From Candidatus Eiseniibacteriota bacterium (GTDB lineage: Bacteria > Eisenbacteria > RBG-16-71-46): 64,000 nucleotides of DNA. The notes below the pieces were generated by a model. The model searched no databases. It was not told the origin of the DNA and worked only from the letters and a program-made list of their open reading frames with translations. A program made the position numbers and the translations under genes. The stretch covers positions 96,001-160,000 of the forward strand of contig JBBRLX010000003.1 of NCBI GenBank assembly GCA_038231135.1, written 5' to 3'. Every line of letters starts with the position of its first letter. Position 1 is the first letter of the stretch. Shown piece by piece: positions 39,091 through 52,929 of this stretch.

Positions 39091-42000
39091 GTGAACGTTT
39101 TGAAAACACGCTCACGTTCCTGGTCCGCGCGCGCGGCCGGAGCGCAGTGCGCTGCGATGTTGCTGGGCCTGACGCTGCTGCCGGCACTGTCGTGGGCTCA
39201 GACCACGTATACGTGGAACAAGACCACGTCCGCGTCGTGGGGCACCTCCACCGACTGGACTCCCACGCGCAGTTCGCCCGCCACCAGCGACATTCTCGTC
39301 ATCGACGGCAACGTGACGCCGACGCCGACACTCACGAGCACGCCGACGCAGACAATCGGACGGCTGCGCATCCTCAACAACGCGCACGTCACGTTCGCCG
39401 CGCAGAACTCCGGGCAGACGGTCACGATCAGCGGGGCGACCTCGCCGGCGTTCGACATGACCGCCGGCACCACGCTCACGATCAACGACGCCAAGATCAT
39501 CACGCTGTCGCTGTCGGGTGCGTCCACCAGCACGATCGCGGGCGCGATCTCGTTCGGGCTCGGGGCGCATCGCCTGACAGCCGCGAACGCGAGCCAGCTC
39601 ACGTTCGCGAGCGGCGGCTCGTTCACCACGTTGTCCGGATTCTCGGGTAACGCGTTCGGCAACGCGGGCACCGCGAACGCCGTGGTGTTCGCGAGCGGCT
39701 CCACCTATACGCACAACGCCGGCTCCGATCCATTCGCGCTCGTGACGCCGAGTTCCCGCGTGGTGTTCCAGACCGGCAGCACCGCGGTGTTCCGCACCGC
39801 CACCGGGTTCGTGGGCGACGGCCGCACGTATGGCAACCTGACCGCGCAGAACAACAGCGCGCTATCGGCCTCGGGCACGGGCAATCTCAAGTTCGGCACA
39901 CTGGTCGTCGAATCCGGATCGTCGTTCTCGTTCACCGGGAGCAGCGCCAACTCGATCACCGTCACGGGCGACGTCCAGAGCGCGGGCACCGGCGGTGTGA
40001 CGCTCACCGCCGGCAGCGGCCACGTGGTGTTCGCGGGCGCCGGCACCCAGACCGTCGGCGGCGGTGGCGGCACCGGCGCGATCACGATCAATGGCGGCGC
40101 CACGGTGAACGCCACCAGCACGCTCGCGCTCAGCCGGGCACTCACGGTGGCGTCGGGCACGCTGACCGTGAACGGCAACCTGACGCTCAACTCGGGCGGC
40201 AGCGTGTCGGTGGTTCCCGTCTATGCCAGCCCGGCCACGCTCACCTATGCCGCGGGCGCGACGCCGGGCAACGAATGGACGACCGGCACGGTGATCGGAA
40301 CCGGCGTGCCGAAGAACGTGACGATCGCCGCGGGCGCGGGCACGATCTCGATGCCGACGACCGCGCGCAGCGTCCCCGGTGACCTGACGATCACGAGCGG
40401 CACACTGGCGATGAATGCCGGCGGCGGCACACTGTCCGTGGGCGGCAACTGGACCGACTCGGGCACGTTCACCGCCAATGGCCGCACCGTGATCTTCAAC
40501 GGCATCACGACCCAGACGCTCGCGAAGACGGGTGGCGAGAGCCTGTTCGCGTTGCAGGTCGACAAGACCGCCGGCAACCTGGTTCTGTCCGCGAGCCCGG
40601 CCACGAACCTCACGCTCACCGGCACCTCGGGCGACGTGATGGCGATCACGAACCCGGGTGGACTCGACATCGGGTCGAACACGCTGACGCTGTCGGGAAG
40701 CGGCGGCAACTGGCTCAGCGGCGGCGCGACCGCCGGCGTGCGCACGGTGCTCGGCACGGGCACGGTCGCGCTCGCGGGTGCGAAGACGTTCACGAACAAC
40801 AACTCCCGCGCGCTCAGCTTCGCGAGCGGCATCACGGTCACGGCCGCCGGCGCGACCGACTTCGGCGCCGGCATATCCACGATCAACGGCACGCTGCAGC
40901 TCAACACCGGCGGCTCGGTCGTCACGAATGCGCCCACGTACGGCGCGACCGCGGTGCTGCGGTACAACCAGGGCGGCGCGGCAGGACGCGGCGTCGAATG
41001 GAGCGCCACCGCCGGCGCCGGCTACCCCGCGAACGTCCGGCTGTCCAACTCCACCTCGCTCGATCTGTCGAACGGCGCGCCGGCCGTGGCACGCCAGGCC
41101 GCGGGCAACCTCACGATCGATGTGGGCTCGGCGCTCAACATGAGCCCGATGACGACCACGCTGCTCGTGATCGGCAACGTCGACGACCAGGGCACGCTCG
41201 CGCTGTCGAGCGCCTCGGGCGGCGACCTGCGGGTGCAGGGCAATCTGACGGTGGGCGGCACCTATACGTCGAACTCGCGCGCCGTGATCTTCGAGGGCGC
41301 CGGCACCCAGGTGGTGTCGCGCTCCGCGGGCACGCTGGCGCTCGACTACCTGCGCCTCGCGAAGACCGCGGGCAGCCTGCAGCTCGGCAGCGACGTGACC
41401 GCGCTGGCCTCGATCGGGGCAGCGGCGCTGCAGTTCAACGGCACGACGGATGTCCTCGATCTGAACGGCCATCAACTCACGCTCGGTGGCACGCTCGGCG
41501 GCACCGATGCGGCGGGCGCCATCAAGGGCAGCGCCACCTCGTCGCTGACGCTCAACGGCAGCGGCGGGAGTGCGGGCACGCTTAAGTTCTCGACCGGGTT
41601 CGAGACGCTGCTGAACCTGGTGATCAACCGGCCGGCCGGCGGCGTCACGCTGGGCACCACGCTCACCGTGGCGAACCTGACCCTCACCGACGGCACGCTC
41701 GTCACCGGGGCGAACACCGTGACGGTGGGCACGGCGCTCACGCGCACGAACGGCTATGTCGACGGCAATCTGCGTAAGACCGTGCCGCTGGGCTCGCCCA
41801 CGGTGACGTTCGAGATCGGCGCCGGCGCGGTCTACGCGCCGATGACGCTGGCGTTCGCGAGCGTCACGACCGCGGGCCCGCTGACGGCCTCGACCACGTC
41901 GGCCGAACATCCCAACATCGCGGGTTCCGGCGTCGATCCCACCAGGTCCGTCAACCGTTACTGGAGCCTCAACGGCGCCGGGGTGGTGTTCACCGCCTAC

Positions 42001-45000
42001 GACCTCACCGTGAACTTCGCCGCCGCCGACGTCGACGCCGGCGCCAATACGGCGAATTTCGTGATGTGGCGGTACGTGGCGCCGAACTGGTTCATCACCA
42101 ACCCCGGCACCGACGGCGCGACCAGCACGCAGGCCACGGGCGTCACGGGCTTCAGCGATTTCGTGGCCGGCGAGTCGCGGACCCTGAACATCACCGCCAG
42201 CTCGGGTCCGAACGGCAGCATCTCGCCGTCCGGCGTGGTGCCGGTGCCGTTCGGCTCCAACACGACGTTCAACATGGGTCCGAACTCCACCTACCAGGTG
42301 CAGAACGTGCTCGTCGACGGCGTCTCGGTCGGGGCGGTCACGAGCTATACGTTCAACAACGTGGTCGCGACCCATACCATCAGCGTGACATACACCCTCA
42401 ACACCTACGTCCTGAACGTCACCATCGCCGGCAGCGGCTCGGTCGCGAAGAGCCCCAACCAGCCGACCTACGTGAACGGCACCTCGGTGACGCTCACGGC
42501 GACGCCCGGCCCCGGCTACCATTTCAGCGGCTGGAGCGGCAGCATTACCACACCGTCCAACCCCATCACGATCACGATGGACAGCGACAAGAACCTCACC
42601 GCGACCTTCACGCGCCTGGTGCTCGGCTACGAGCGGCTCCCGTTCACGGCCGCGTATACACCGCTCGGAGCGGGGTCCACCACGCTGATGGTCGCCGCGG
42701 ACGATTCGACCCGGTCGATTCCGATGCCGTTCAACTTCATCTATTCCGGAATTCCCTATACCACCGGGAACTTCCTCGCGATCAACGCGAACGGATTTGC
42801 GTTCCCGAGCCGCGCGGCAGTGACGACCTCCGCGACCTCGCTCGGGTCGAACGCGAATCTCTACAACAACTCCGCGCCGAACGGCACGATGGCGCCGTGG
42901 TACGACGATCTGAGCGTTGCCGCGGTCGGCACGAACCCGGCCGGCAGCGTCAAGTACCAGACCTCAGGCGCCGTGGGTTCGCGCAAGCTCACCGTGCAGT
43001 GGACGAACGTGTCGTCGGCAACGAACACCACGGGCGGCCAGCCGCGCCAGATCAACTTCCAGCTCGTGCTGAGCGAGACCTCGAACGAGATCGAGTTCCG
43101 CTACGGCCCGGTCGTGGGTCCGAGCCACAGCTCGCTCGAGTCGGCATCGATCGGTCTCGAGGATTCCACCGGCGGCAACTTCTTCGACGCGGTGACCGGG
43201 TCCCGGTCGACCAGCAATGGAATGATGACGACGAACAAGTGGCCGTCGTTCTTCATCAGGTTCCTGCCGAACGACGTCATCAGTGGATCGATAGAGTCCG
43301 GCACATATACCGTCGGTCCGGGGGGCTTCTATACGTCGCTGTCGGAGGCTTGCGCCGACCTGAATTCCAAGGGCATAGCAGGTCCGGTCACGCTGAGCCT
43401 GATCAGTCCGGTCGATTCGACGGTGACCCACGGCAGCAACATCTTCCCGATCCTGCTCGGACCGGTGCCCGGGAATTCCCCCATCAACCCGATCACGATC
43501 GCACCGGCATCCGGCCGCGTGACCATGACCTACCGGGGCACGGAGAGCGGCAATTGCGGCACCGGGGTATCCGCCACGGCGATCGGCATCACCAACGAGC
43601 CCGTGTTCGGACTCGTCGGCGCGGACTACGTATCGCTCAGCAACATCGACATCGTGGGCGGCTCCCAGGTGGATCGCGGCATCCTGCTGCTGCCGGCGTC
43701 CCGTACCGATGGCGCGCAGCACAACACCCTGTCGAGCGTGACGGTCTCGCTGGACCGCACGAACACCTCGTCGATCGGATTCCAGCAGTCCGTGTCGATC
43801 GCACCGACCAATAGCGCGGGTGCGAACTCGTTCAACCGCTTCCTCGGGGTGTCGGTCACCAACGCGTACGCCGGCATCGTGCTGGCGGGCAACTCGGCGC
43901 TGTTCGATACGGATTGCGAAGTCGGCAGCCTGGCTGGCCAGCCGACCTCGATCGGGCAGGCGATCGCGAACGACATCGGCAACGGCACGTTGCAGACATT
44001 CGGCATCCGGGCGCTGAATCAGACGAACGTCAACATCAACAGCTCGGTCGTCCAGCACATCACCGGCACCGGCACCGGCGTGGTCGACGGCATCCTGCTC
44101 GAGAACCAGGGGGCGTTCTCCCTGAGCAGCGGCGTCTGCCGCATCTCCGGGAACGTTGTACTCTCGCTGAACAACACCAGCCCGAGCGCCGGCAAGGTGT
44201 CGGGCATCCGTGCGCTGCTCACCTCGAATGGCTCGAGCGAGAGCCGGATCTACGACAACGCGGTCTACGACCTGAACTCGTCCAGCACGGCCGCGTCGTC
44301 GCGCCGTATCGTCGGCATCAACGTGCAGGAGACCGGACTTGGCGCCAACTCCGTGCACAACGTGGATTTCAACAGTGTGCGCATCGCGGCGGGGAACCTG
44401 GCCTGCTCCAACGCCTGCTTCGAGGTCGGCACGACGACCGGCTCCGTCATTCATGCCCGCGATAACGTGTTCGCGAACTTTACCGGCAGCCAGAGTGGCG
44501 GCGCGAAACACTATTGCTGGGTGACGCCGACCGCCGGCTCGATCGGCCCCGCCGGCTCCGTCTCGAACAACAACGTGCTGCACGTGAACAATCCCGTGAA
44601 CGGCTACACCGGCCTGGACGGCGCAACGGACGAGGCGACGCTCGCGAACTGGCAGTCGGTTGCCGGGAGCGATGCCAGCAGCCTGGCCGGGAATCCGCAA
44701 TTCCTGGCACCGTTGAACCTGGCCATCTCGACCACCCTGCCGTCGCCGGTCGAGAGCGCCGGATCGTTCTTCGGCGGCGCGATCGCATGGGTGAACGACG
44801 ACATCGCCGGCACGCCGCGCAATCCCACCGCGCCGGACATCGGCGCCTTCGAAGGTAATTACATCGCGCTGGGGTCGCACGACGTCGCCGCGGTGACGCT
44901 GATCGACCCGGCGCCGGGCTCACTCAAGCTCGCGTCCGTGGCGTTCAATCCGCAGGCATCGTTCGAGAATCAGGGCGCCAGCAACGAATCCGGGGTGCCG

Positions 45001-48000
45001 GTGCGCTATCGCATTCGCGGTCCGCAGCCGGCCACGACCATCGTCTACGAACAGACTGCGAGCATCACCTCGATGCCGACCGGATCGACCCAGAACGTGG
45101 CGTTCCCGGCCGCGACGCTCGGCACCGGCGGGTTCTACACGATCGAGGCGATCTCCGAGCTGGTGGGGGACGTGAACGCCGCGAACAACGTCGTGACCGG
45201 GACGATCGAAATCGCGGCGCCGCTCGCCGGCGACTACCCGGTCGGCGCGGCGCGCCCGGCGCCGTTCAACACGCTGACGAATGCCGTGACGCGGCTCAAC
45301 ACGGTGGGGATCTCGGGCGCGGTGCGGCTGCTGCTCGAGGATTCGAGCTACGGTCCGGCCGAAGCGTTCCCGATCACGATCAATCCGGTGGCGGCGGCGA
45401 GCGCAACGAATACGGTGACGATCTCGCCCGCAGCCGGTGCGTCGCCGACGCTGACCGGCACGAGCGCGACAGCGCTCGTGCTGCTGAACGGCGCGGACTG
45501 GATCGTGATCGATGGCACCAATTTCGCCGGGGGCTCGACGCGTGACCTCACGCTCGTGAACACCAACGCGTCCGGAACGGGAGCGGTGGTGTGGGGCCAG
45601 ACCGTGGGCGGCGCCGACGGGGCGAGCCACGACATCGTCAAGAACGTGGCGCTCACCGGCAGCGGCAACACGCTGGTGGGGGTGGGCTTCGGCGGCGTCG
45701 CCGTGAGCCTGACCAGCAACGGCAGCGGCAACGTGTCGAACCGCATCGAGAACGTCGCGGTGAGCCGCGCCCAGGTCGGCATCTACTCGGGCGGCTCGTC
45801 GGGCGCCGGCAAGAACACCGGCACCGTGATCCTCCGCAATGCGCTCACGGCCACCGCGCCGAACCAGCTCACGCGCGCCGGCATCGTCACCCGGTTCGAG
45901 GACGGCATCCAGATCACCGACAACGCGATCGGCAACCTGAGCGGCAACGGAGCCGTCGACATGATCGGCATTTCGCTCGGCCTGTTGTCGGTCACGTCCG
46001 ACGTGTTCACCGGCGACGAGGTGACGAATGCCACGGTGGCGCGCAACCAGGTGACCGGCGTGGCCTCCAACAACGCGACCGGGCTGACAGCCGCGGGCAT
46101 CGCCTTGGCCCGCGCGTCGGCAGGTGTGAACACCGTCGTCAACAACATGGTCTCGGGCGTCGTCAGCAATGCCGCGGACCCGAACGTCACGGTGGGCATC
46201 TACGCCGGCGGCGGCGGCACGACCCGCGTGTGGTTCAACTCGGTGTGGATGTCGGGCGATCGCGGCACCGCGCCCGGCCCGAGCCTGGCGCTCGCGGTCG
46301 GGGACTCGATCAACCCGGTGGACGCGCGCGACAATATTCTCGTCAACACCCAGACGGCCACCGGCGGCAGCGACAGCTACGCGATCGGCACCGTGGCGGG
46401 CGCGTCGTTCGGCAACATCACGTCCAACTTCAACGACCTGTTCACGAACAGCGGCCTGATCGGCGTGATCGGCGGATTGTCGAACGCCGGCGACGCCGAC
46501 CAGGCGACGCTCGCCCTGTGGCGGAGCGCCACGGGGCGCGACGCGTCGTCGATCTCGGGCGACCCGCAGTTCACCAGCGCCGCGGACCTGCACATCAACA
46601 TCAAGGCCCCGACGTCGTCGCCGGTCGCGAACATCGGCCAGCCGATTGCCGGCGTCACGACGGACTTCGACAACGAATCCGGCAACCGCACCACCACGCC
46701 GGATATCGGCGCGGACGAGTTCGCCACCTACAACCTGAACCTCACGATCGTGGGCAGCGGCTCGGTGACGCGGAGCCCGAACCAGACGAACTTCGAGGCC
46801 GGCACGGTGGTGACGCTGACCGCGGTGCCCGCCACCGGCTGGCATTTCTCAGGCTGGAGCGGCGCCCTCAGCGGCGCGACGAACCCGATCAACATCACGA
46901 TGGATGCCCACAAGAACGTGACCGCCACGTTCGCGATCAACACCTACACGCTCAACGTGACGACGGTCGGCAGCGGCGCGGTGGTCAAGGCCCCCAACCA
47001 GGCGACCTACAACCATGGCACCAGCGTCACGCTCACCGCGACCCCGACTACGGGCTGGCACTTCGTCGGCTGGAGCGGCGATGCGTCGGGAACCACGAAC
47101 CCGCTGACGGTGTCGATGACCGCGAACAAGAACATCACCGCCACGTTCGCGATCAACACCTACACGCTCACCGTGACGACGGTCGGCAGCGGCGCGGTGG
47201 CGAAGGCCCCGAACCAGGCGACCTACGACCACGGCACCGGTGTCACGCTCACGGCGACCCCGATCACCGGCTGGCACTTCGTCGGCTGGACCGGCGACAC
47301 CACGGCCGCCGCGAACCCGCTGAGCCTGACCATGACGGCGAACCGGATGCTCACCGCGACGTTTGCGATCAACAGCTATTCCCTGACGGTCAACGTCACC
47401 GGCAACGGCAGCGTCACGAAGAGCCCGAACCAGGCGGCGTACGATCACGGCACCCAGGTGCAGCTCACCGCCGTGCCCGATCCGGGCTGGCGACTGCAGG
47501 GCTGGAGCGGCGACACCACTGCGACGTCGAATCCGCTGGTGCTGCCGATGACCTCGAATCGAACGATCCAGCTCACGTTCGTGCTCGATGTCCACACGCT
47601 GACGCTGACGGGCGGCCCCAATGGCACGGTCGCGAAGAGCCCGGACCAGCCGACGTATACGCACGGCAGCAGCGTCCAGATCACCGCCACTCCCGACCCC
47701 GGGTTCTCGTTCATCGGCTGGAGCGGCGACACCACGACGGCCACGAACCCGCTCACGCTGGTCATGACCCGGGACCGTACGATCAGCGGCGCGTTCGGCT
47801 ACCACCTGGCGGTGACCGTCGCCGGCAACGGCACGGTGGTGCGCGCGCCGAACCAGAACGACTACGCATCGGGCACGGTGGTGCAGCTCACGCCGACGCC
47901 GGCGACCGGGTGGCACTTCACGGGCTGGAGCGGCGACGCCAGCGGCGCGGCGAACCCGCTGAGCCTCACGATGGACGCGGCGAAGAACCTCACGGCGACG

Positions 48001-50361
48001 TTCGCGATCAACACCTACACGCTGACCGTGAGCGGCGCCAACGGCACGGTCACGAAGAGCCCCGACCAGGCACTCTACGATCACGGCACCGCGGTGACGC
48101 TGACCGCGACGCCGGCCGTCGGCTACAGCTTCGTTAACTGGACCGGCGACGCCTCGGGGTCCACGAACCCGCTCGGCATCACGATGGATGCCAACAAGAC
48201 CATCGGCGCCGTGTTCTCGACCGCCACGTTCACCGTGACCGTGCAGACGGCCGGCAGCGGGTCGGTGGCCAAGAGCCCGGATCAGCCGATCTACGCGTTC
48301 GGCTCGACGGTCACGCTGACCGCCACGCCCGCGACCGGCTGGCACTTCCTGGGCTGGAGCGGCGACACGACCGTGGCGACGAATCCGCTCACGATCGGCG
48401 TCACCGCGAACCGTAACCTCACCGCCACATTCGCAATCAACACGTACACGCTGTCGGTGCCGGTCACCGGCAGCGGCAGCGTGGCGAAGGCGCCGGACCA
48501 AGCCACTTACAACCACGGCACGGTCGTGACGCTGACCCCGGCGCCCGCGACCGGGTGGCATTTCGTCGCCTGGAGCGGCGACGCGACCGGCTCGGCGAAC
48601 CCGCTGCCGGTGACGATGGACGGCAACAAGACCATCACCGCGACGTTCGCGATCAACAGCTACGCGCTCAACGTGACGGTGGCGGGCAACGGCGCGGTGG
48701 CGAAGTCGCCCGATCAGGCGTCCTACGATCACGGCACGGTGGTGACCATGACGGCCACCCCCGGCACCGGATCGCACTTCGTCGGCTGGAGCGGCGATGC
48801 GACGGGCTCGACGAACCCGCTCACGGTGACGATGGACGCCGCGAAGAACGTCACCGCCACGTTCGCGGTCGACAACCACACCGTGACGGTCACGACCGTG
48901 GGCACCGGCACGATCGTGCGCGCGCCGGATCAGGCGACCTACCCCTTCGGCACCGCGGTGCAGCTCACCGCCACGCCGTCGGTCGGCTGGAGCTTCACCG
49001 GCTGGAGCGGCGATGCGACGGGCTCGACGAATCCGCTCACGGTGACGGCGAACTCCGATCTCAACATCACGGGAACGTTCACGATCAACACGTATCCGCT
49101 CAACGTGACCGTGCAGGGCTCAGGGACGGTCGCGAAGTCGCCGGACCAGCCCACCTACAATCACGGCACCACGGTGACGCTCACCGCAACGCCCACTGTC
49201 GGCTGGCACTTCCTGGGCTGGAGCGGCGATGCGGCGGGCTCGACGAATCCCATCACGGTCTCGATGACCGCCCCCCGGAACGTGACCGCGTCGTTCGCGA
49301 TCAACAGCTACACGCTGACCGTCTCGGGTGATGCAAATGGCTCGGTGACGAAGGCTCCGGACCAGGCCACCTACGACCACGGCACGTCGGTGACGCTGAC
49401 CGCGGTCCCGGCGACCGGCTATCACCTGGCGAGCTGGGGCGGCGACGCGAGCGGCAACACGACTCCGCTGCCGGTGACGATGGACGGCAACAAGACGATC
49501 ACCGCCACGTTCGCGATCAACACGTATACGCTGACCCTGAACATCATCGACGGCGGCACCGTGACGAAGAACCCCGACCTGCCGACGTACACCCATGGGC
49601 AAACCGTGCAGCTCACGGCGGTGCCGATCGATGGCGATCACCACTTCGTGTGGTGGTTCGGGGCGGCGCTGGGCCAGGGCAACACCAACCCGATCACCAT
49701 CGTAATGGATGACAACAAGACGGTGGGCGCGGGGTTCACCGTGACCGAGAGCGTCCCGCCGGTCGTGCAGGTTCTATCGCCGAACGGCGGCGAGCTGCTC
49801 GCCGTGGGTCAGACGGCCGACATCACCTGGAGCGCTTCGGACAACGTTGCCGTCGACGCCCTGGTGATCTTCCTGTCGCGCAGCGGACCGTCGGGGCCGT
49901 TCGATTCGCTGGCGATCGTGAGCAACGACACCCCGGTGTATCACTGGCTCGTGACGCCGCCTGCGACCTCGAACGCCTACTTCAAGATCGTGGCGCACGA
50001 TGACAACGACAACACTGCCACGGACCTGAGCGACGCGGCGTTCTCGATCGTGCCCCACACGGCGGGCGTCGAGTCCGGGGTGCCGACGGTGTTCGCGCTC
50101 GGCAGGATCTACCCGAACCCGGCGGTCGATCGCGCGCGGATCGCGTTCGACGTTCCGCGGCCGTCGCGGGTGCGGCTCAGCATCATGGATCTGCAGGGCC
50201 GTGAGGTTGCGGTCCTCGAGGACGGAGTGCGCGCGGCCGGGCGCTACGAGGCCGGGTGGGACGGCCGCATCCACGGCGTGCGTGCGCCGGCGGGCATGTT
50301 CTTCGTGCGCTTCGAGGCCGACGGCCGCCGCTTCCTGCGCCGCCTGGTCCTCACCCGCTAG
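39091..50361 (+). CDS. giant secreted adhesin-like protein 2, paralog of 26998..38562
   Basis: AAAGGGAG RBS before GTG 39091; signal peptide ending SWA-Q; same mature N-terminus QTTYTWN; two beta-helix modules; 2+14 repeats; T9SS-type CTD ending RRLVLTR. Confidence 0.87.
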   Translation: MNVLKTRSRSWSARAAGAQCAAMLLGLTLLPALSWAQTTYTWNKTTSASWGTSTDWTPTRSSPATSDILVIDGNVTPTPTLTSTPTQTIGRLRILNNAHVTFAAQNSGQTVTISGATSPAFDMTAGTTLTINDAKIITLSLSGASTSTIAGAISFGLGAHRLTAANASQLTFASGGSFTTLSGFSGNAFGNAGTANAVVFASGSTYTHNAGSDPFALVTPSSRVVFQTGSTAVFRTATGFVGDGRTYGNLTAQNNSALSASGTGNLKFGTLVVESGSSFSFTGSSANSITVTGDVQSAGTGGVTLTAGSGHVVFAGAGTQTVGGGGGTGAITINGGATVNATSTLALSRALTVASGTLTVNGNLTLNSGGSVSVVPVYASPATLTYAAGATPGNEWTTGTVIGTGVPKNVTIAAGAGTISMPTTARSVPGDLTITSGTLAMNAGGGTLSVGGNWTDSGTFTANGRTVIFNGITTQTLAKTGGESLFALQVDKTAGNLVLSASPATNLTLTGTSGDVMAITNPGGLDIGSNTLTLSGSGGNWLSGGATAGVRTVLGTGTVALAGAKTFTNNNSRALSFASGITVTAAGATDFGAGISTINGTLQLNTGGSVVTNAPTYGATAVLRYNQGGAAGRGVEWSATAGAGYPANVRLSNSTSLDLSNGAPAVARQAAGNLTIDVGSALNMSPMTTTLLVIGNVDDQGTLALSSASGGDLRVQGNLTVGGTYTSNSRAVIFEGAGTQVVSRSAGTLALDYLRLAKTAGSLQLGSDVTALASIGAAALQFNGTTDVLDLNGHQLTLGGTLGGTDAAGAIKGSATSSLTLNGSGGSAGTLKFSTGFETLLNLVINRPAGGVTLGTTLTVANLTLTDGTLVTGANTVTVGTALTRTNGYVDGNLRKTVPLGSPTVTFEIGAGAVYAPMTLAFASVTTAGPLTASTTSAEHPNIAGSGVDPTRSVNRYWSLNGAGVVFTAYDLTVNFAAADVDAGANTANFVMWRYVAPNWFITNPGTDGATSTQATGVTGFSDFVAGESRTLNITASSGPNGSISPSGVVPVPFGSNTTFNMGPNSTYQVQNVLVDGVSVGAVTSYTFNNVVATHTISVTYTLNTYVLNVTIAGSGSVAKSPNQPTYVNGTSVTLTATPGPGYHFSGWSGSITTPSNPITITMDSDKNLTATFTRLVLGYERLPFTAAYTPLGAGSTTLMVAADDSTRSIPMPFNFIYSGIPYTTGNFLAINANGFAFPSRAAVTTSATSLGSNANLYNNSAPNGTMAPWYDDLSVAAVGTNPAGSVKYQTSGAVGSRKLTVQWTNVSSATNTTGGQPRQINFQLVLSETSNEIEFRYGPVVGPSHSSLESASIGLEDSTGGNFFDAVTGSRSTSNGMMTTNKWPSFFIRFLPNDVISGSIESGTYTVGPGGFYTSLSEACADLNSKGIAGPVTLSLISPVDSTVTHGSNIFPILLGPVPGNSPINPITIAPASGRVTMTYRGTESGNCGTGVSATAIGITNEPVFGLVGADYVSLSNIDIVGGSQVDRGILLLPASRTDGAQHNTLSSVTVSLDRTNTSSIGFQQSVSIAPTNSAGANSFNRFLGVSVTNAYAGIVLAGNSALFDTDCEVGSLAGQPTSIGQAIANDIGNGTLQTFGIRALNQTNVNINSSVVQHITGTGTGVVDGILLENQGAFSLSSGVCRISGNVVLSLNNTSPSAGKVSGIRALLTSNGSSESRIYDNAVYDLNSSSTAASSRRIVGINVQETGLGANSVHNVDFNSVRIAAGNLACSNACFEVGTTTGSVIHARDNVFANFTGSQSGGAKHYCWVTPTAGSIGPAGSVSNNNVLHVNNPVNGYTGLDGATDEATLANWQSVAGSDASSLAGNPQFLAPLNLAISTTLPSPVESAGSFFGGAIAWVNDDIAGTPRNPTAPDIGAFEGNYIALGSHDVAAVTLIDPAPGSLKLASVAFNPQASFENQGASNESGVPVRYRIRGPQPATTIVYEQTASITSMPTGSTQNVAFPAATLGTGGFYTIEAISELVGDVNAANNVVTGTIEIAAPLAGDYPVGAARPAPFNTLTNAVTRLNTVGISGAVRLLLEDSSYGPAEAFPITINPVAAASATNTVTISPAAGASPTLTGTSATALVLLNGADWIVIDGTNFAGGSTRDLTLVNTNASGTGAVVWGQTVGGADGASHDIVKNVALTGSGNTLVGVGFGGVAVSLTSNGSGNVSNRIENVAVSRAQVGIYSGGSSGAGKNTGTVILRNALTATAPNQLTRAGIVTRFEDGIQITDNAIGNLSGNGAVDMIGISLGLLSVTSDVFTGDEVTNATVARNQVTGVASNNATGLTAAGIALARASAGVNTVVNNMVSGVVSNAADPNVTVGIYAGGGGTTRVWFNSVWMSGDRGTAPGPSLALAVGDSINPVDARDNILVNTQTATGGSDSYAIGTVAGASFGNITSNFNDLFTNSGLIGVIGGLSNAGDADQATLALWRSATGRDASSISGDPQFTSAADLHINIKAPTSSPVANIGQPIAGVTTDFDNESGNRTTTPDIGADEFATYNLNLTIVGSGSVTRSPNQTNFEAGTVVTLTAVPATGWHFSGWSGALSGATNPINITMDAHKNVTATFAINTYTLNVTTVGSGAVVKAPNQATYNHGTSVTLTATPTTGWHFVGWSGDASGTTNPLTVSMTANKNITATFAINTYTLTVTTVGSGAVAKAPNQATYDHGTGVTLTATPITGWHFVGWTGDTTAAANPLSLTMTANRMLTATFAINSYSLTVNVTGNGSVTKSPNQAAYDHGTQVQLTAVPDPGWRLQGWSGDTTATSNPLVLPMTSNRTIQLTFVLDVHTLTLTGGPNGTVAKSPDQPTYTHGSSVQITATPDPGFSFIGWSGDTTTATNPLTLVMTRDRTISGAFGYHLAVTVAGNGTVVRAPNQNDYASGTVVQLTPTPATGWHFTGWSGDASGAANPLSLTMDAAKNLTATFAINTYTLTVSGANGTVTKSPDQALYDHGTAVTLTATPAVGYSFVNWTGDASGSTNPLGITMDANKTIGAVFSTATFTVTVQTAGSGSVAKSPDQPIYAFGSTVTLTATPATGWHFLGWSGDTTVATNPLTIGVTANRNLTATFAINTYTLSVPVTGSGSVAKAPDQATYNHGTVVTLTPAPATGWHFVAWSGDATGSANPLPVTMDGNKTITATFAINSYALNVTVAGNGAVAKSPDQASYDHGTVVTMTATPGTGSHFVGWSGDATGSTNPLTVTMDAAKNVTATFAVDNHTVTVTTVGTGTIVRAPDQATYPFGTAVQLTATPSVGWSFTGWSGDATGSTNPLTVTANSDLNITGTFTINTYPLNVTVQGSGTVAKSPDQPTYNHGTTVTLTATPTVGWHFLGWSGDAAGSTNPITVSMTAPRNVTASFAINSYTLTVSGDANGSVTKAPDQATYDHGTSVTLTAVPATGYHLASWGGDASGNTTPLPVTMDGNKTITATFAINTYTLTLNIIDGGTVTKNPDLPTYTHGQTVQLTAVPIDGDHHFVWWFGAALGQGNTNPITIVMDDNKTVGAGFTVTESVPPVVQVLSPNGGELLAVGQTADITWSASDNVAVDALVIFLSRSGPSGPFDSLAIVSNDTPVYHWLVTPPATSNAYFKIVAHDDNDNTATDLSDAAFSIVPHTAGVESGVPTVFALGRIYPNPAVDRARIAFDVPRPSRVRLSIMDLQGREVAVLEDGVRAAGRYEAGWDGRIHGVRAPAGMFFVRFEADGRRFLRRLVLTR
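46727..49745 (+). repeat. intragenic array of 14 units of ~216 bp (InlB B-repeat / Flg_new-like)
   Basis: Counted by eye from the translation. Confidence 0.85.
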
Positions 50362-50423
50362 CAGGCCGCCAGACTTTCATCGTGGCCCCAACGCTCGCCG
50401 GCGCCGGGGCCACTCCGGCCGCG

Positions 50424-50453
50424 TTGACGGGCAGACGCCGGAGTCCCTAATCT
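50424..50453 (+). promoter_or_regulatory. candidate sigma70 promoter for the mrp operon
   Basis: TTGACG-N18-TAATCT. Confidence 0.45.
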
Positions 50454-50547
50454 AACGGGTTCTCCCACGGTCTTCTAGGCGGGTGGTTTCGCCTGCCGCG
50501 TGAGCGTCGCCGGCACGCCTCCAGCCGCCGGGCCTTTAGGAACCCAC

Positions 50548-51684
50548 ATGTCCGAATCGCTTCAGAACCAGGTGCTCGCGGCTCTCGGCCAGGTCCAGGA
50601 TCCGGACCTGCACAAGGATCTCGTCACGCTCGGCATGATCGAGCAGCTCGAGGTCGTGGACGGCCGTGCTGCGTTCACGCTGGTGCTCACCACGGCGGCC
50701 TGCCCGCTCAAGGAGCAGATCGAAGGCGACTGCCGCGCCGCGGTGCTGGCGGTGCCGGGGATTCACGACGTGCGGATCACCACCACGTCCCGGGTGCGCA
50801 AGCCCAAGGATCCCACCGCCGATCGCAAGGCGCTCGAAGGCGTCGCCCAGGTCATCGCGATCGGCAGCGGCAAGGGCGGCGTGGGGAAGAGCACGGTGTC
50901 CGCGAACCTGGCGGTCGCGCTGGCGGCCGCGGGCGCCCGGGTGGGCCTGCTCGACGGCGACATCTACGGCCCCAACCTGCCGCGCATGCTGGGCGCGAAC
51001 CGCCAGCCGTCGTTCAAGGACGGCCGCATCCTGCCGCTCGAGGCGTGGGGCGTGCGGTTCATGTCGATGGGACTGCTGGTCGATCAGGGCGAGGCCGTGG
51101 TGTGGCGCGGGCCGATGCTGCACGGTGCCATGAAGACGTTCCTGCACGAGGTCGACTGGGGCGAGCTCGACTACCTGCTCGTCGACCTGCCGCCCGGCAC
51201 CGGCGACGTGCAGCTGTCGCTGATCCAGCAGACCCACGTGGCCGGCGCCGTCGTCGTGACCACGCCGTCGACGGTGGCGATCGAGGACGCCGTCAAGGCG
51301 GTGTCGATGTTCAACAAGCTGAGCGTGCCGGTGCTCGGCATGATCGAGAACATGAGCTACTTCGTGTGCCCGGACTGCTCCGCGCGCCACGACATCTTCA
51401 GCACCGGCGACGGCGAGCAGCGCGCCGAGACGCTCGGCATTCCGTTCCTGGGCGCGATCCCGCTGCACCCCGAAGTGCGCATCGGCGGCGATACCGGCCG
51501 TCCGGTCGTGCTCGGCAGGCCCGACGGCGAATACTCCCGTGCGCTGGTGCGCATCGCGGGCCACCTGGCGCAGCGCATCTCGATCCAGGCGATCGATCCT
51601 GCCGCGGGGCCGGCGGCGGCGGCCCCCGCGGCGGATTCCGCCGTGCCGGTCGCTCCCGTGCCGAGCCGGTCGGGAGTTGCATGA
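50548..51684 (+). CDS. mrp: Mrp/ApbC (NBP35-family) Fe-S cluster carrier ATPase
   Basis: N-terminal DUF59-like domain (VQDPDLHKDLV, ACPLK); GKGGVGKST; WRGPM; DLPPGTGD; ENMSYFVCPDC. Confidence 0.95.
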   Translation: MSESLQNQVLAALGQVQDPDLHKDLVTLGMIEQLEVVDGRAAFTLVLTTAACPLKEQIEGDCRAAVLAVPGIHDVRITTTSRVRKPKDPTADRKALEGVAQVIAIGSGKGGVGKSTVSANLAVALAAAGARVGLLDGDIYGPNLPRMLGANRQPSFKDGRILPLEAWGVRFMSMGLLVDQGEAVVWRGPMLHGAMKTFLHEVDWGELDYLLVDLPPGTGDVQLSLIQQTHVAGAVVVTTPSTVAIEDAVKAVSMFNKLSVPVLGMIENMSYFVCPDCSARHDIFSTGDGEQRAETLGIPFLGAIPLHPEVRIGGDTGRPVVLGRPDGEYSRALVRIAGHLAQRISIQAIDPAAGPAAAAPAADSAVPVAPVPSRSGVA

Positions 51685-52871
51685 CCGAGATCTACGCGGA
51701 TCACGCCGCCACCACGCCGGTCGCGCCCGAGGTGCTCGCTGCGATGGAACCGTACTGGGGCGCGGGATTCGGCAACGCCGCGTCGGTGCATCGCCGCGGC
51801 GAGGCCGCGCGCGAGGTCGTGGAGCGCGCGCGCGGCCAGGTCGCGGCGCTGGTGGCCGCGGCGCCCGAGGAGGTGGTGTTCACGGCCTCGGGATCCGAAT
51901 CCAACAATCTGGCGCTCAAGGGTGTGCTGGTCGCGGCACCGGTGAGCCGGCGGCGGCTCGTCGTGTCCGCGATCGAGCATCCGTCGGTCCTCGAAGCGGC
52001 CCGTCATCTCGAATCGCGGGGCCATGTCCTCACGATCCTGCCGGTGACGCCGGACGGCGTGGTCACGCCGGAGCGGCTCGAAGCGGCGCTCGGAGACGAC
52101 GTGGCGCTGGTGTCGATCCAGTGGGTGAACAGCGAGACCGGAACGTTCCAGGACGTCCGGCAGCTCGCCGCGCTCGCACACGCCGCCGGGGCGCGGTTCC
52201 ACTGCGACGCCGTGCAGGCGGCGGGCAAGCTCGCGATCGACTTCGCGGCGCTGGGGGTCGACCTGCTGAGCCTCGCGGGCCACAAGTTCGGCGGCCCGCC
52301 CGGCGCCGCGGCGCTGATCGTGCGCCGGCGCATGCGGCTGGTGCCGCTGATCCATGGCGGCCACCAGGAGCGCGGCCGGCGCGCGGGCACCGAGAACCTG
52401 CCGGCGCTGGCGGGACTGGGTGCCGCCGCAGAGCGGGCCCGGGCCCGGATCGCAACCGGCGCCCCGGTGGTGATGGCGGCGCTCGGCGTGCAGCTCGCGG
52501 ACGGGCTGACGGCCGCGGTGCCGGGGGCGGTGGTCAACGGCGCGGGTGGCCCGCGCCTTCGCAGCATCGTCAATGTTTGCTTCCCCGGATCGGACGGCGA
52601 GGCGCTGATGCATGAACTCGACCGCGACGGCATCACGGTGTCCACGGGCTCCGCGTGCAGCGCCGCCGATCCCGGGCCGTCGCACGTGCTGATCGCGATG
52701 GGCCTCGAACCCGAGGACGCGCACGCCAGCGTGCGGTTCTCGCTCGGAGACGGCAACGACGCGGCACAGGTGAAGCGCATCATCACCGCAGTGCCCGCCG
52801 CGCTCGCGCGGTTGCGCACGCTCGCCGACGCACCACCCACCCGCCGGCCGCCGGGCACGCAGGCGGCATGA
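51681..52871 (+). CDS. iscS: group I cysteine desulfurase (IscS/NifS family)
   Basis: [29 protein letters not shown] (PLP lysine), RAGTEN, STGSACS. Confidence 0.9.
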   Translation: MTEIYADHAATTPVAPEVLAAMEPYWGAGFGNAASVHRRGEAAREVVERARGQVAALVAAAPEEVVFTASGSESNNLALKGVLVAAPVSRRRLVVSAIEHPSVLEAARHLESRGHVLTILPVTPDGVVTPERLEAALGDDVALVSIQWVNSETGTFQDVRQLAALAHAAGARFHCDAVQAAGKLAIDFAALGVDLLSLAGHKFGGPPGAAALIVRRRMRLVPLIHGGHQERGRRAGTENLPALAGLGAAAERARARIATGAPVVMAALGVQLADGLTAAVPGAVVNGAGGPRLRSIVNVCFPGSDGEALMHELDRDGITVSTGSACSAADPGPSHVLIAMGLEPEDAHASVRFSLGDGNDAAQVKRIITAVPAALARLRTLADAPPTRRPPGTQAA

Positions 52872-52929
52872 ACCAGCCCTGGGAGCGGACGAACCGACAC
52901 GACCGGTCGCCCCGAAACGGAGGAACGAC

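Noticed and set aside
26866..48879. Long alternative-frame ORFs over the giant genes (e.g. 31744..36963, 33555..36143)
   Set aside because: By-products of GC3 bias and the Thr/Val-rich repeats of the real frame
26671..50500. Giant-gene block as a mobile genomic island
   Set aside because: No integrase, transposase, tRNA or flanking direct repeats seen; composition resembles the host genes
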